Origin: Octopus vulgaris
Lineage: Eukaryota
NCBI GenBank assembly: GCA_951406725.2
Contig: OX597827.1
Coordinates: 32,736,001-32,800,000, forward strand
Length of the DNA stretch: 64,000 bases
Direction of reading: 5' to 3'
A program made the position numbers and the translations under genes. Below the pieces are notes generated by a model. It did not search any database and was not told the DNA's origin. It saw only the letters and a program-made list of their open reading frames with translations. Positions 39,011 through 51,618 of this stretch are shown here, piece after piece. Numbering within the stretch: position 1 is the first letter of the stretch; each line of letters starts with the position of its first letter.

Positions 39011-39055
<45 letters not shown>

Positions 39056-39374
39056 ATATAAATATGGGGTTATATATATGTGTGTATATTAGTATATACT
39101 CCCTACATGCTTGTATTTGTTTGTGCATTTATATCTATGTATAAACCTCTATACATATATATCAGATTGGAGTCTGGTGCAGCCATCTGGTTCACCAGAC
39201 TTCAAGTCAAATCGTCCAACCCATGCTAGCATGGAAAGCAGACGTTAAACGATGATGATGATGATGATGCATATATGGACATCTATATATATATAATTTA
39301 TGTATATATGAATATATGCATGTTTATTTATATATTATGTATGTATATACATACACACACACACACACACACAT

Positions 39375-39419
<45 letters not shown>

Positions 39420-39430
39420 ATGTATATATT

Positions 39431-39465
<35 letters not shown>

Positions 39466-41299
39466 TAATACACACACACACACATACATATATTTCACTC
39501 TAAATGGACTTGAGATGTAAGTATTCTTAAACGGAAATCCCATTGTCAATAACATTTACAAGTTCAAAACTAGAAACTAAATTAACTTACGAAATATGTC
39601 TGTCTTCTTCGTGTGTGCTCGAGCTTATCTCGGCTTTCATGACATTGAATAGTTGAAAAGGAAGGGCATTTTCAAATCTAATAATACATTTTTCAGACAT
39701 GAAGATTAGATAATGTTGAAGTTGTATTATGTATAGATTATTGTATGTAGATTATGAGTAGAAATAGCCGAAGGTGTGTATGTTTGTAATTCTGCCAGAG
39801 CAGTATGTACAGCTTGGTAGCACGCCTTAAGACAACAGTCGCCATACATTATTATATATCAATTTATACATATACATAGGTGCAGGAGTGGCTGCGTGGT
39901 AAGTGGCTTGCTTACCAACCACATGGTTCCAGGTTCTGTTCCACTGCATGGCACCTCAGGCAAGTGTCTTCTACTATAGCCTCGGGCCGACCAAAGCCTT
40001 GTGAGTGGATTTGGTAGACGGAAACTGAAAGAAGCCCCCGTCGTATATATGTGTATATATATATATATATATATACACATATATATATATATATATATAT
40101 GTATATGTGTATGTGTGTGTATACGTTTGTGTGTCTGTGTTTGTTCCCCCACATTGCTTGACAACCAATGCTGGTGTATTTACGTCCCCGTAACTTAGCG
40201 GTTCGGCAAAAGAGACTGATAGAATAAGTACTAGGCTTACAAAAAATAAGTCCTGGTGTCGATTTGCGCTAAAGGCGGTGCTCCAGCATGGCCACAGTCA
40301 AATGACTGAAACAAGTAAAAGGGTATATGTATATGAGAAGGCGCATGGTTTAGTGGTTAGAGCATCAGGCTCACAATCATGAGATAGTGGGTTCAATTCC
40401 CAGACCATGTTGTGTTCTTGAGCAAGACATTATTTTTCATGTCGTTCCAGTTCACTCAACTGTAGAAATGAGTTATGATGTCACTGGTGCCAAAGTGTAT
40501 CGGCCCTTTTTGCCTTTCCCTTGAATAACATTAGTGGTATGGGGAGGGGAGGCTGCTGGTCTTCCATAAACAACCTTGCCTGGACTTGTGCCCCAGAGGA
40601 GAACTTTTTAGGTGCAACCCCATTGTCATTCGTGAACAAAGGGTGTCTTTACGTTTTTTTACATATGTGTATATATGTATGTGTGAGTCTATGTATAAAT
40701 ATATGTATATAAAGATAGATTGACAGATTGATAGATAGAATGTGGAGGTGAGTGACTTAGTGGTGTTGCACTCATGATGGTAAGATTGTGGTTTCAATTC
40801 CTGGATGTGGCAATGTGTTATGTTCTTGAGCAAAATAGTTCATTTCTCATTGCTCAGTCCACTCAGCTGGCAATAGATTACTCAATTCAGGTGGGGGAAC
40901 ATATAAGCCACAGCATTCGGGAAACAGACTCTATGAGCCTGTGGGTCGATAAGGCCCTTTGATTCTTTTGAGATGTGTGTATTTGTGTGTGTATTGCATG
41001 GTTAAAAATTTCATTTCCCGACTGCATCGTGTCTAGCTCAGTCCTGTTGCGGTACACCTTGGGCAAGTGTCTTCTACAGCCCTGAGCCAACCAAAGCCTT
41101 GTGAGTAGATTTGGTAGACAAAAACTGACAGAAGCTCATTTGTGCATCTCTTTGTCTTGACATTGGGTGGTCACTGTTAATCAATGTCACTGTAATACAA
41201 GCAATGCCATTTGTTTCCACTTGTGTGGAAACAGGTGAAAGTTTGCTACAGAAAGAGCAACTGGGTTTACAAAACCAGCCTCAATGAATTTGGTTTGCA

Positions 41300-41568
41300 A
41301 GCCTGAAGATGTCTTCATCAAGACTGAGCAGAAGAGAATTCTCCTTCTGTTGTTATTTTCTTCAAGTCTAATCTAGGTTTAGAAGGTTTCGTCTTCTGGA
41401 GGTCTCTTTCTACAAAGAACATCCATCTTGGCCTGTTTGAGTCCCCTTGCCAAATGGAAACTCTCTTGTGCATTTGTTGCCTTCCATATAAGGTGATTTC
41501 CTGTTGTGGTCACAGTCGGAACTATGAATCATCTGAGGCTCTGTAATCCGAATGAGATCTTTCTTCAT
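41300..41568 (-). pseudogene. Helitron Rep-domain fragment
   Basis: MIHSSDCDHNRKSPYMEGNKCTREFP..TQTGQDGCSL* resembles the Helitron Rep segment MIHGPCGxxNxxSPCMxxGKCxKxFPKxFxxxTxxxxDGYPxYRRR. Confidence 0.55.
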
Positions 41569-42022
41569 AATTATCATCATCATCATCATCAACATAGCCA
41601 CTGTCACTACCACCACCACCACCACCACCACCACCACAATTTTCATCACTGGTGGGTATGAAGATGGTGGTGGTGGTGGTGGTGGTAGTGTAGAGAGAAA
41701 AGCCCCAGCCAAGTCCAGTGTGATTAGATGGCTTCTTGTAATCAAGCCAACAGATGGTCTGCCTGCTCAACCCCAAAGTCCTTCCATGACTTAGTTCTTA
41801 GACATTTTTACTGTCTCTGCTGCAAATTTTCTATGCACAAAATGGAGGACTTGTTGCCAAGCCAAGCTTTGTAAGTCTCCTCTTTTGCTTGAGTCCAATA
41901 CAAATTCCTGCTTGGTGCCTGGTGCAAATAAGATCACATTAAGCTGGAAAATGAAAAGCACACACACCCAAACACACACACATGCATATATATATACATG
42001 ACTGCTGGCATTTCATTTTGGA

Positions 42023-42103
42023 AGCTCTGATGATGCTCTAACGTGATACACAAGAACTCAACTATGAATGCATTGCACCTTACAGCAGAAACAGCTGTAA
42101 GCT
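42023..42103 (+). ncRNA. Type I hammerhead motif with palindromic stem III loop
   Basis: AGCU / CUGAUGA (42027-42033) / UGCU..long loop..AGCA / GAAAC-AGCU-GUA^ (42088-42099) / AGCU. Confidence 0.6.
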
Positions 42104-42600
42104 ATAGAGGTTCACAACATAATTTCTTATTTCCTTGTCATTTATATAATGTCTTATATATCATCATCATCATTATAATCATAATCATTTAACATCCATT
42201 GTCCATACTGGCATGGGTTGGATAGTGTGATCAGAGCTAACAAGCTGGGGGGCTGCACCAGACGCAAGTCGGATTTAGCATGGTTTCTACAGCTGGATGC
42301 TCTTCCTAGCACCAACTGTTTTACAGAGTGTGCTGGATGCTTTTACATGGTCCTTTGTAGGCACTTTTATGCAGCACCACATGGGCGCTTTTACATGGCA
42401 ACACATGTATGTATATGTATGTGTGGGTGTATATATATACAATAATCCCTTGTCATATTGTGGTTCACTTGTCTCGGTTTAGTATTTAAGCCTATGTCGA
42501 TTCTTCCGTTAGTGTCATTTTGTATTTATAATAAAATACAGTTCTAAGGAAGGATAGGAAAATATTAGATTTATAAGCACTAAACTTCACTCCATAATTG

Positions 42601-42652
42601 CCCATGGGCATATGGTGTAATGGTTAAGAGCATGGGCTACTAACCCCTGAAA

Positions 42653-42701
<49 letters not shown>

Positions 42702-42845
42702 TCAAAAAATGCCTTAGGAATGAGAACCCAAGTTCAAAATTTCCCCAAAGTGAAGGCTGGAGGGTATATCAGCCGAAATGTTGTGTTAACAACAAACAAG
42801 ATGAGGACAAATATCCATCAAATGTAAATAACGTAATAAAATAAG
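42601..42845 (+). mobile_element. Composite element: tRNA-like head, (TAA)n, then hammerhead-like remnant
   Basis: TGGTGTAATGGTTAAGAGC A-box; then UGA-A-GGCUG-loop-CAGCC-GAAAU-GUU (42751-42782) and AATAAA. Confidence 0.5.
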
Positions 42846-43803
42846 TATATACAAATTATAAAAATAATTTTTTAAAATATACAGTACAATACTGTTTCTA
42901 CCTTGTGGATTTTCACCTATCATGGGGGTTTTTGGAATGTAGCACTCGTGATAGTCAAGGGATTACTATATTTATATATATATTTCTTTACTACCCACAA
43001 AGGGCTAAACACAGAGGGGACAAACGGATTAAGTCGATTATATCGACCCCAGTGTGTTACTGGTACTTAATTTATCAACCCCGAAAGGATGAAAGGTAAA
43101 GTCAACCTCAGCGGAATTTGAACTCAGAACGTAACGGCAGACGAAATACGGCTACGCATTTCGCCCGGTGTGCGAATGTTTCTGCCAGCTCACATATATT
43201 TATATATAAATATACATACAAATACACGATGATATACATTCTTTCAGTTTCCAACCAGCAAATCCACTCATAAGGTTTCTTTTTGGTCTGGAGCTATAGA
43301 AGAAGCCACTCACCCAAGTCCACGCAATGGGACTGAACCCAAAACTACATGACTGGGAAGCAGACTGCTTAACCACACAGCCATACCCATATCAAAAAAT
43401 CTTCTCTGCTGTAATTCAATGTTGAAGAATTATTAAATCAAACCAATTCCATCTGTTAGTTATCTTGTCTGTCAATAACTTCCAGAGCAGACAAAAAGTA
43501 ATTCTTTTTATATTTTTTGTTGTCTTTTTTTTCATTTCCTGTTATATATATGTTTTTTAATAATTTTATTTTAATGTATTTCATATTTGTTTTTTGTTTT
43601 TTTTTTACATCATTAGAATTTCTTTGAAATTTATCTTTAAATTTTTTCTTTTTTTGTTAGTCAGATCTTCTTATGTTCAGATTTTTATCATCTCAGACTC
43701 ATGTTGCAACTTAAATCAATCCCTGCCATATTCACCATTCTACAATTAGCCAATCAACTTGCAGACTTAATGAAATATATACATATATACACATACGTCT
43801 GTG

Positions 43804-43845
<42 letters not shown>

Positions 43846-44956
43846 AGTATATATGTATATACATACATACATATATATATATATACATATACACAGACGT
43901 ATGTGTATATATGTATATATATATATATATATATACACATATGTACATATATATATAGACATGTACATGCGTATGCACCAAAGTGTTCTGTGTAACTAAA
44001 TATTTACACACAGAAATATATATGTACACACACACACATATACACATACACACACACACACATATATATATATATACATACATACATACATACATACACA
44101 CATATATACACACACATACATGTATATACATATACACGCGCATTTATACATATACATATTGCACAAATATATAGACATAAACATGTACATGCATGGAGAT
44201 GAGAGAAAAATACCCAAACCGTTGGAGATGTTTAGATTAAAGTCAAGATAGATGCGTCAAAGAACCCAGTCAGGAGATGTAAACATCTCAGTGCAACAGA
44301 TGCAAGTTCCAGGAATTGTCTGAGAGAAGATAGAGAGGGAGATAGACAGCAAGAGAGAGAGAGAGAGGAAGAGAGAGAGAGATTGTTCAGTGGTGAAGTG
44401 GAGAAAATGAATCTGACTAAAGATGGATTGTATTGGTGTTTGTTTATATGTTGTGGGTGTGTCACCATGTGTGTATTTGTGAGTGTGTGCCTGTATATAT
44501 ATATGTGTGTGTGTAAGAGAGAGAGAAAGGGAGAGAAACTGAGAAAGTGGGAAGAAGTGAGTGTAGAGAAGTATATGCGTATGTAAACACACCCACACAG
44601 ATGTATATATATACACACACACACATGCATACACATATACACCACTCTCCAGATGTAGGGGTACAAATGACAGAAATAATGTAAAATAATTATTAGCAGA
44701 GTTAATTTATTCATAAGAATCTCTATTGTCCAATATGTCTCCTTCTTTTCAAGATGTGATTTCAGAGAGAGAATTAGCTGCTATCTTTAGCAAGTAGAGT
44801 GATCCCTTATATGGTTCTTCATTAGTGATATTTATGCCTTTGCCTGTTCCAGGAAATATGATAGATCAGTGGTCCCCAACTTGGGATCCACAAAGGTTAG
44901 TACTGGGTGTCCATGAACTAAATTCAAAATTTCATATATATTTATATATATACATG

Positions 44957-45020
44957 AATTCAACAAAACCTGTTACTCTGAGTTTCACGTGAAACTCAGA
45001 GTAACAGGTTTTGTTGAATT
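44957..45020. repeat. Perfect 64-bp spacerless palindrome
   Basis: AATTCAACAAAACCTGTTACTCTGAGTTTCAC|GTGAAACTCAGAGTAACAGGTTTTGTTGAATT. Confidence 0.97.
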
Positions 45021-45124
45021 TTTTGCTGCTTTAAATAAAGCATATTACTCTACCACTGGTATTTGAGTACTCTTTTTTTCCACCTTGTTTCACATTTATG
45101 TGTTTACTCCGGTATATATACATA

Positions 45125-46603
45125 AATGTAGAAGTCATGCGTAAACTGGAGAGAAACGAAGGTAGTATGCTCTGTTGGATGTGCAACATCAGTGTACATG
45201 TACGACAAAGTGCAAATGTGCTGAGAGAAAAGTTGGGCATAAGAGGAATCAAATGTTGCATGCAAGAGAGAAGACTATGTTGGTTTGGACATGTGATGCG
45301 TGTGAGTGAGGACAGCTGCATAAAGAAGTGCTGATCACTGAAAGTGGATGATACCCGCGAAAGAGGGAAACCTAGGAAGGTGTAGGATGAAGTGGTAAGG
45401 ACCAATCTCAGGATGTTGGGCCTCACGGAGGAAATGACCAGGGACCAAGATGTCTAGCAATATGAAGTTCTTCAGAAGGCCCACCCACATCAGCGAAACT
45501 GAGTTCTAGAAGTGCTGAGTGTCCCACCAACACCTAACAAGAAAACTTCTCACACACTCTCCACCACAACAAACCAAGCTATGTCTCTACACCTTCTCTT
45601 CTTCACATTTCACTATGCTCACCTCCTTCTCCCCAATCCTGTCCTCTTGGCCCTGTGCCACTGTATCATTGCCCTCTGCTAGCCCCCAACCTGTATGTTC
45701 CACCCACACGCCCTGTTTCACTGTATCATTACTATCTGCTAGCCCCCAACCTGTGTTCCACCCATGCATAAAAAGAAAACTTTTCATACACCCTTCCCCA
45801 ACAAACCAATCTGCATCTCTACATCTCTTCTCTTCCTCACATTTCCTCCTTCATACACTAAGCCTAGCTCTCACTCCCCAATCCTGTCCTCATGGCCCTG
45901 TTCATCTGTATCATTGCTATCTGGAAGTCCCACTGACTCTATATATACCCAACTTTGCGTCCCTGCACTCTTTAATCATGCTTCCTTTGCAATATCCTGC
46001 CACATATAACATTCAAACCTCAAGGGTATGCCCTGGCGCTTGCCACCATCTATATCTCTCTCTTCCTGTACTCAACCATCCCGTATATATTCTGATCCCC
46101 GTCTCTTGTGAGTATGCCCAGCATTTTGCCACCATCTCTATCCTGATGTCTCTCACTCTCTCCTCCTGCATTTCCCTCAGGTTGGGTAACCATGTTTTTC
46201 CTTTGTGGCAGTGCACCTGTTTCTGTCTTCACTCCTGATCTCTCTCTCTCTCTCTCTCTCCAGCTGGGTAACCTTGGACCTCTTCTAGAGCAAGACACCT
46301 GTTTCTATCTCTCTCTCACTGTAACCTTTTCATCATCTTACACAAGATCCCTCCTCCAATGCCCCTTCCCTCTCAAAAGTTCCTTTTTTTTGTCTTGCAA
46401 GTACTTGGAGACCCTGTCAGTGCAGGTGCCACTTAAAAACACCCAGACGACACTATAAAGTGATTGGTGTTAGGAAGGGCATCCAGCTGTAAAAATCCTG
46501 CCAAAATAGTTACAGAAGTCTGGTGCAGGCTTCTGCCTGGCTGGCTCCTGTCAACCGTCCCACCCATGCCAGCATGGAGGGCGGACGTTAAACGATGATG
46601 AAG
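45125..46603 (+). mobile_element. Truncated RTE LINE with long 3' UTR
   Basis: MRKLERNEGSMLCWMCN...RLCWFGHVMR; internal tandem duplications at 45530-45920; shared CCCATGCCAGCATGG..(GAT)n tail. Confidence 0.85.
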
Positions 46604-46995
46604 GATAAGCATATTAAAAGGGGTCCATGGGAAAACTCATTTAAATAAAAGTGCTGGAAACCACTGTGATAGATGTTTAATTTGTTTTTGTTGTTTAACC
46701 AAATGCCAGTCCTAAGCCAACAGACCTATGAGCAAAGACATTCCACATATAACCAACACTCCTTTTGAAAAGTATCTAGAACTACCTTAATGTGTCCTTC
46801 CTCTTTTTAAAAATAAATGATACGTTATAATTTGGAGTTTTAGCTGCACTTTTTAGCAGATTGAGTGATTACATAGAAGCTCTCTTGCTAGCTGTGTGTG
46901 TGTGTGTGTGTGTGTCCAGAGAGGGATTTGGAAAGTTAGCTTGTATGTTCTTCATGTTGATAGTTCTTCACATTTGCGAACTTATGTAGAGTTAA

Positions 46996-47633
46996 CCCTT
47001 TTCATACCAATTCCCCCGTGACTGCATCTGGTTTTATGATGCCTCTGGCTCATTTCCTGTGTTAAAGTGATCTAAATTAAAAGTTTCCATCAAAATTTCT
47101 TATGTTCGAAACACCAGCTTAGTAATGATAGTAATTTTATAATATAATAATGAAATTATTGTATACAGTGCTCAGGTGCACCACAACTTGTCAAAAGTGC
47201 ATATAAAGCATATGCAGTAATGTACAAATGTCTGGGAAGTGAACAGTGTATGAGTCAAATACATGCTTGCGTGTGTATGGAGGGGAGAAAATCAGGTGTA
47301 GTGTTGGCGAATCTCAGGAAGCATGGAAGTTTTGAAGGATGCAGTGCTCCGACAACCAACAACTGATGCCGGTAGTTTGTTCCATACTTCAGCAACTCTT
47401 AGTGTGAAAAAATGTTTCCGAAAGTCATGGGAGCTGTGCTGTTTTCTGACTTTGTAAACATGTCCACAGGTATTAGACAGGTGGAGTTTGAAAAGGTGCT
47501 CAGAGTTATTGTTAGTAAGATGGTTAATAATTTTATGGGTGTCTGCCAAGTCAGCTGCCAAAAGTCTCCAATATTTTCAAAATAAATTGAAACAAATGCA
47601 GTGTTTTTCATTAGAAATTTGGCAACAAAAGGG
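46996..47633. mobile_element. piggyBac-like MITE interrupted by a CR1 fragment
   Basis: TTAA|CCCTTTTCATACC ... CAACAAAAGGG|TTAT. Confidence 0.7.
47145..47568 (-). mobile_element. CR1/L2-group LINE 3' end
   Basis: TCGHVYKV...RKHFFTLRVAEVWNKLPASVV...SFKT, the canonical CR1 ORF2 C-terminus. Confidence 0.85.
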
Positions 47634-48809
47634 TTATTTTACTTAATTCATTATTTTCAAAATTAACTAAAACAAAGGCAGTATTTCAACAGAAAATTGG
47701 TAACATAAGAAAAATTTAATAACTTGGCATACAATTTGGAAGTAACAAAGAGACAGTGTTAATTCCAGTCTTCAAGAATTGGAATTTCCTTCAATCAAAC
47801 ACAATAATTCCTATTTTTACCTCTATTACCTGAAGTATTTTTTATTTTACTAGTGAAAAGTGTTTGTTTCTGCAGTATTTTGAATCAAGAAATTGGCTGC
47901 AATTGGGATTCCAAATAGTGGAGATTTTTCACAGATTCTCTTAAAGTGAATCTAAAATTCTGGCTCACAGCATAATGGTTATGGTGAAATCTTTTATACC
48001 TATTCTCTTAACAGTATTTAACTCTTTTGAAAATTGTCAAAGTGAAAAACTCAGTCCCATAATGGTTCTGTTACGGAACAGAAATAATGATAAAAGAAGG
48101 GATTAGAGGTTCTTTTACATAAGAAAGGTATTCAGTTCCTCCTGAATGAATGTAAACAAGTTTAGTATGATTTTTGTGATATCCTGTGTTTCAGATCCAG
48201 TCCTATGTTACATAAGAAGTTAAAGAGTTAAGCATGGTTAAAGTAAAACATGGCACAGGAAATTAATATAGTGTGTTTATGCAATAGAAGCCGAAGAGGT
48301 AGAAGGAAAAATTAAGTGTCTTTGGTTACAAAAATCTGGAAGCAATGGGAAAATTTGGTTATCAGATCTGAATTCAGCATCACTGATATGGCAAGAAATA
48401 GTATTCTCAGGTTTGTAAGAGAAAAGAAAACAAATTGAAATTTATTATGTTGTGTAACAAGGTTTTTATAGAGATTTTAATTAGAAACATGTTAGAAAGA
48501 GGGGCTTCACTTAAGCTGGCTGATTTTAAAAGAAAGATTTCAATAGAAAAAAAATGGAGAATAAGCGAAATACTTTTTTGAGCATTTTTATTACAAATAT
48601 GACAGTTTATTTCTCAAAAAAAAAAAAACATGGAAAAAGAAACATACAAAAATAGTTGTAACAATCAGTCATATTACAACAAGAATTGGAGAAAGATGGC
48701 TCAAAAAAAAAAAAAAAATGGAAAGGAAAATTTTAGATAGTAATCTCACAATGTATATTAGATTGTAGTAAAGAAGGAAAAATTAACAATTTTGATGAAT
48801 GAATGTGTA

Positions 48810-48849
<40 letters not shown>

Positions 48850-49719
48850 TATGTATGTATATATAAAGCGTGGTACCAATATATACAGAGTGCTGTTTGC
48901 TGAATAAACATTTCCAGAAAATTAGAAGTGAAATGACAATAATGGTTTCAAATTTTGCCACAAGGGCAGCAGTTTTGGGGGAGGGGGTTAAGTCAATTAC
49001 ATCGACCCCCAGTTTTCAACTGGTACTTAGTTTATTGATCTCGAAAGGATTGAAGGCAAAGTTGACCTCGGCGGAATTTGAACTCAGAACGTGGAGACGG
49101 ATGAAATGCCGCAAAGCATTTTGTCCGATGTGTTAACAATTCTGCCAGCTGACCGCCTTAAATGACAATAATAATATTAATTATCCTTAATTTAGGCACA
49201 AGGCCGGCAAATATTTGACTGGTCCTTTATTTTATCAACCGCTGAAAGGGTGAAAGGCAAAGTTGACCTTGGTGGGATTTGAACCCAGAACAATAATAAT
49301 AATAAAATGATAACAATAAAAATTATAACAACAACAATGACAGTACCAAAGCCAAAATGATTGATATGTGTGGAAAAGTCAATTTAATAAAAATGATCAA
49401 AGACAACACTTGACATCTAGAAAGTTCCCTTGAACAAGGAAAACACTTTGCTCCCTCACTTCCCTTCCCACCTCTGGATGTTTACAAATGAAGTAAACAA
49501 TGATGTGTGTACATGTGTGTATGTGTGTTATTCGCCATGCTGGACTGCTGAAATCTAAAAGTTTTTTTTCATTCTCTCTCCGTTTATTTCCTCTTATTCC
49601 TTTCTGCTGAAGAGCATAGGCTCAAAATGTAAAAGACCTCTTCATTTTCCTGAGCGTCAAACTAATACACTTGCTTGTTGTTCATACACCTGTCTTCGTC
49701 TCGTTTTTCTATAAATTTC

Positions 49720-49755
<36 letters not shown>

Positions 49756-50064
49756 TCTCCAAAATTTGACAGCAGATACCATTTTTTTCTTTTTTGTAGT
49801 TTTTTTTCATTTTATTTATTTAATATTAGACATTGAAAAAAAATTTTTTTTTTCCTACAAATAATATTTATTTTAAACCATGAATAATATTTTTTAAAAA
49901 ATTAACTTAAGTATTGTTTATCATATAGCAAAATAGTGGAATATTCTAGAAATATTAAAATGAAGTCTTTTTTCAATTGAAAGTGATACTACATAGAAAA
50001 GACAAAAACGTGTATATATACATGTATGTGTGTATATATATATATATATATTATATATATATAT

Positions 50065-50466
50065 CAGGCACATGCCATCAATAATTACCCAGGTAGGCAA
50101 TTGGTGACCTTTATGTAGTAAAACACACAAAAATATAAGCGAAACACAGGCACACAACTGAGTTGAAGCCAGATTTACTTCTGCCTTTATAGCGCATAAA
50201 GAAAACGGTGTTGTAGGAGTGTATGCAGCATGTGTACTATAGCAGTACTATGCGTAGCTTAAATGCCAAGATTGAAAAGCAGGGGCAAATTAAGCTTCCC
50301 TAATTTATGAAAGAATAAAATATTTTGCATTTTATGTATAATAATCAGAGTAACCTTCACAATTTTACTGAATTCGGTGCATATTTTGTCATAACAGGAA
50401 AATTGCTATTGATCTATTTTATTCAAGGTAGGCATTGCCTATCTTGCCTACCCAGGTGGCGCATCC

Positions 50467-50469
<3 letters not shown>
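50065..50469. mobile_element. MITE with CAGG termini inserted in (TA)n
   Basis: CAGGCACATGCCA..GGTAGGCAA at the left end versus TTGCCTACC..GGTGGCGCATCCCTG at the right end. Confidence 0.55.
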
Positions 50470-50502
<33 letters not shown>

Positions 50503-50506
<4 letters not shown>

Positions 50507-50722
50507 AATATCGAACAGTGTCAATGAGTGCTTATCACTGCAGTGGTGGGTAAATATTCTTTATTTGTGGGTCAACAAGGCTTGTAAAGAGAGATCTCTT
50601 TACAACTTTCAGGTGTAACATGTGGGAAAGTTTGTACTTGTCTCCATGCAGCACACTTGAAAATTATCAAGAGATCTCTCTTTACAAGAAACCAATGGTA
50701 GCCTAGTTGACCCACAAATAAA
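50503..50722. mobile_element. Fold-back element with split hammerhead-like halves
   Basis: Inverted arms ~50560-50616 and ~50652-50722; 10-bp stem TTGTAAAGAG/CTCTTTACAA; GAAACCA-A-TGGTA in the right arm. Confidence 0.55.
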
Positions 50723-51573
50723 CCACACACACACATGCAGAGAGAGATACATGCATGTATTATGCATAACTGTGTATCCAAAGTACTGGAATAAATACAA
50801 ATATTAGAAAACCATTGGCTTTAATTTAGAATTATATCAGAATATAAACCATCAATGGTATAGAAAAAACAAATGGTGGGAGTCTCCTGGTGGATCATTT
50901 TACAATTAGCTGACCATTCCTCAAAGATGGCATCTTGAATGCCAAAGACAGAGATGTAGTATCATATATGCATGGAAAATCCTGGATGGGGGGAATGTTC
51001 CAAACTTTAGCATTAGATAGAATTTTAATGCAGGAACAGAAAGATACCGTCAGCTTCTAAATATAGCACCTTCAAAATAATGAGCAAAAGCATTCTATAA
51101 TACCATTCAGCTATTCTTCGACTGTTCAACTGCTCAATAACTGCAGTACTACTTCAATAGAATTACTGATATTTTTATGCATTTTCAAAGACTTGGGGTA
51201 AAGTTAATGAATAGACTGGACAAAAAAAAAAAAAGGAAGTACAGTTCTTACTGTCTAAATGGTCTTGGTTTACTGAATGGTCAGGAATAAAATAAATGAG
51301 ATATTTGGGAAATGGAATACCATTTAGTTCTCACCCAATCTGGTGCCTTCAAATTGGGAGCAAAGCAGCAGCTCTCTATAAAACCCTTGCTGGGTTCTGA
51401 TTTGAAGTGCATTTACAATTTTATTTTATTTATAAAACAATTAAACAGTAAAAACATTGATTAAAATTTCTTCAAATATATTAGAAATAAATCCCTTCTC
51501 TATTCTCATTATCACCGACAAAAATCACAAAAAGGAATTTGCAGCCCATAAACTTACTTCATTTAATTGTGTA

Positions 51574-51618
<45 letters not shown>

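Larger units (their letters stand above)
44867..46666. mobile_element. hAT/Charlie-like MITE carrying nested insertions
   Basis: TIRs CAGTGGTCCCCAAC / GCTGGAAACCACTG; identical 8-bp TSD TGATAGAT at 44859-44866 and 46667-46674. Confidence 0.85.

Noticed and set aside
45038-46616. AAGCATATTA at 45038-45047 and 46607-46616 as a TSD of the RTE insertion
   Set aside because: The left copy lies within the AATAAA tail motif shared by the HHR-type elements, so the match may be coincidental; not relied on.
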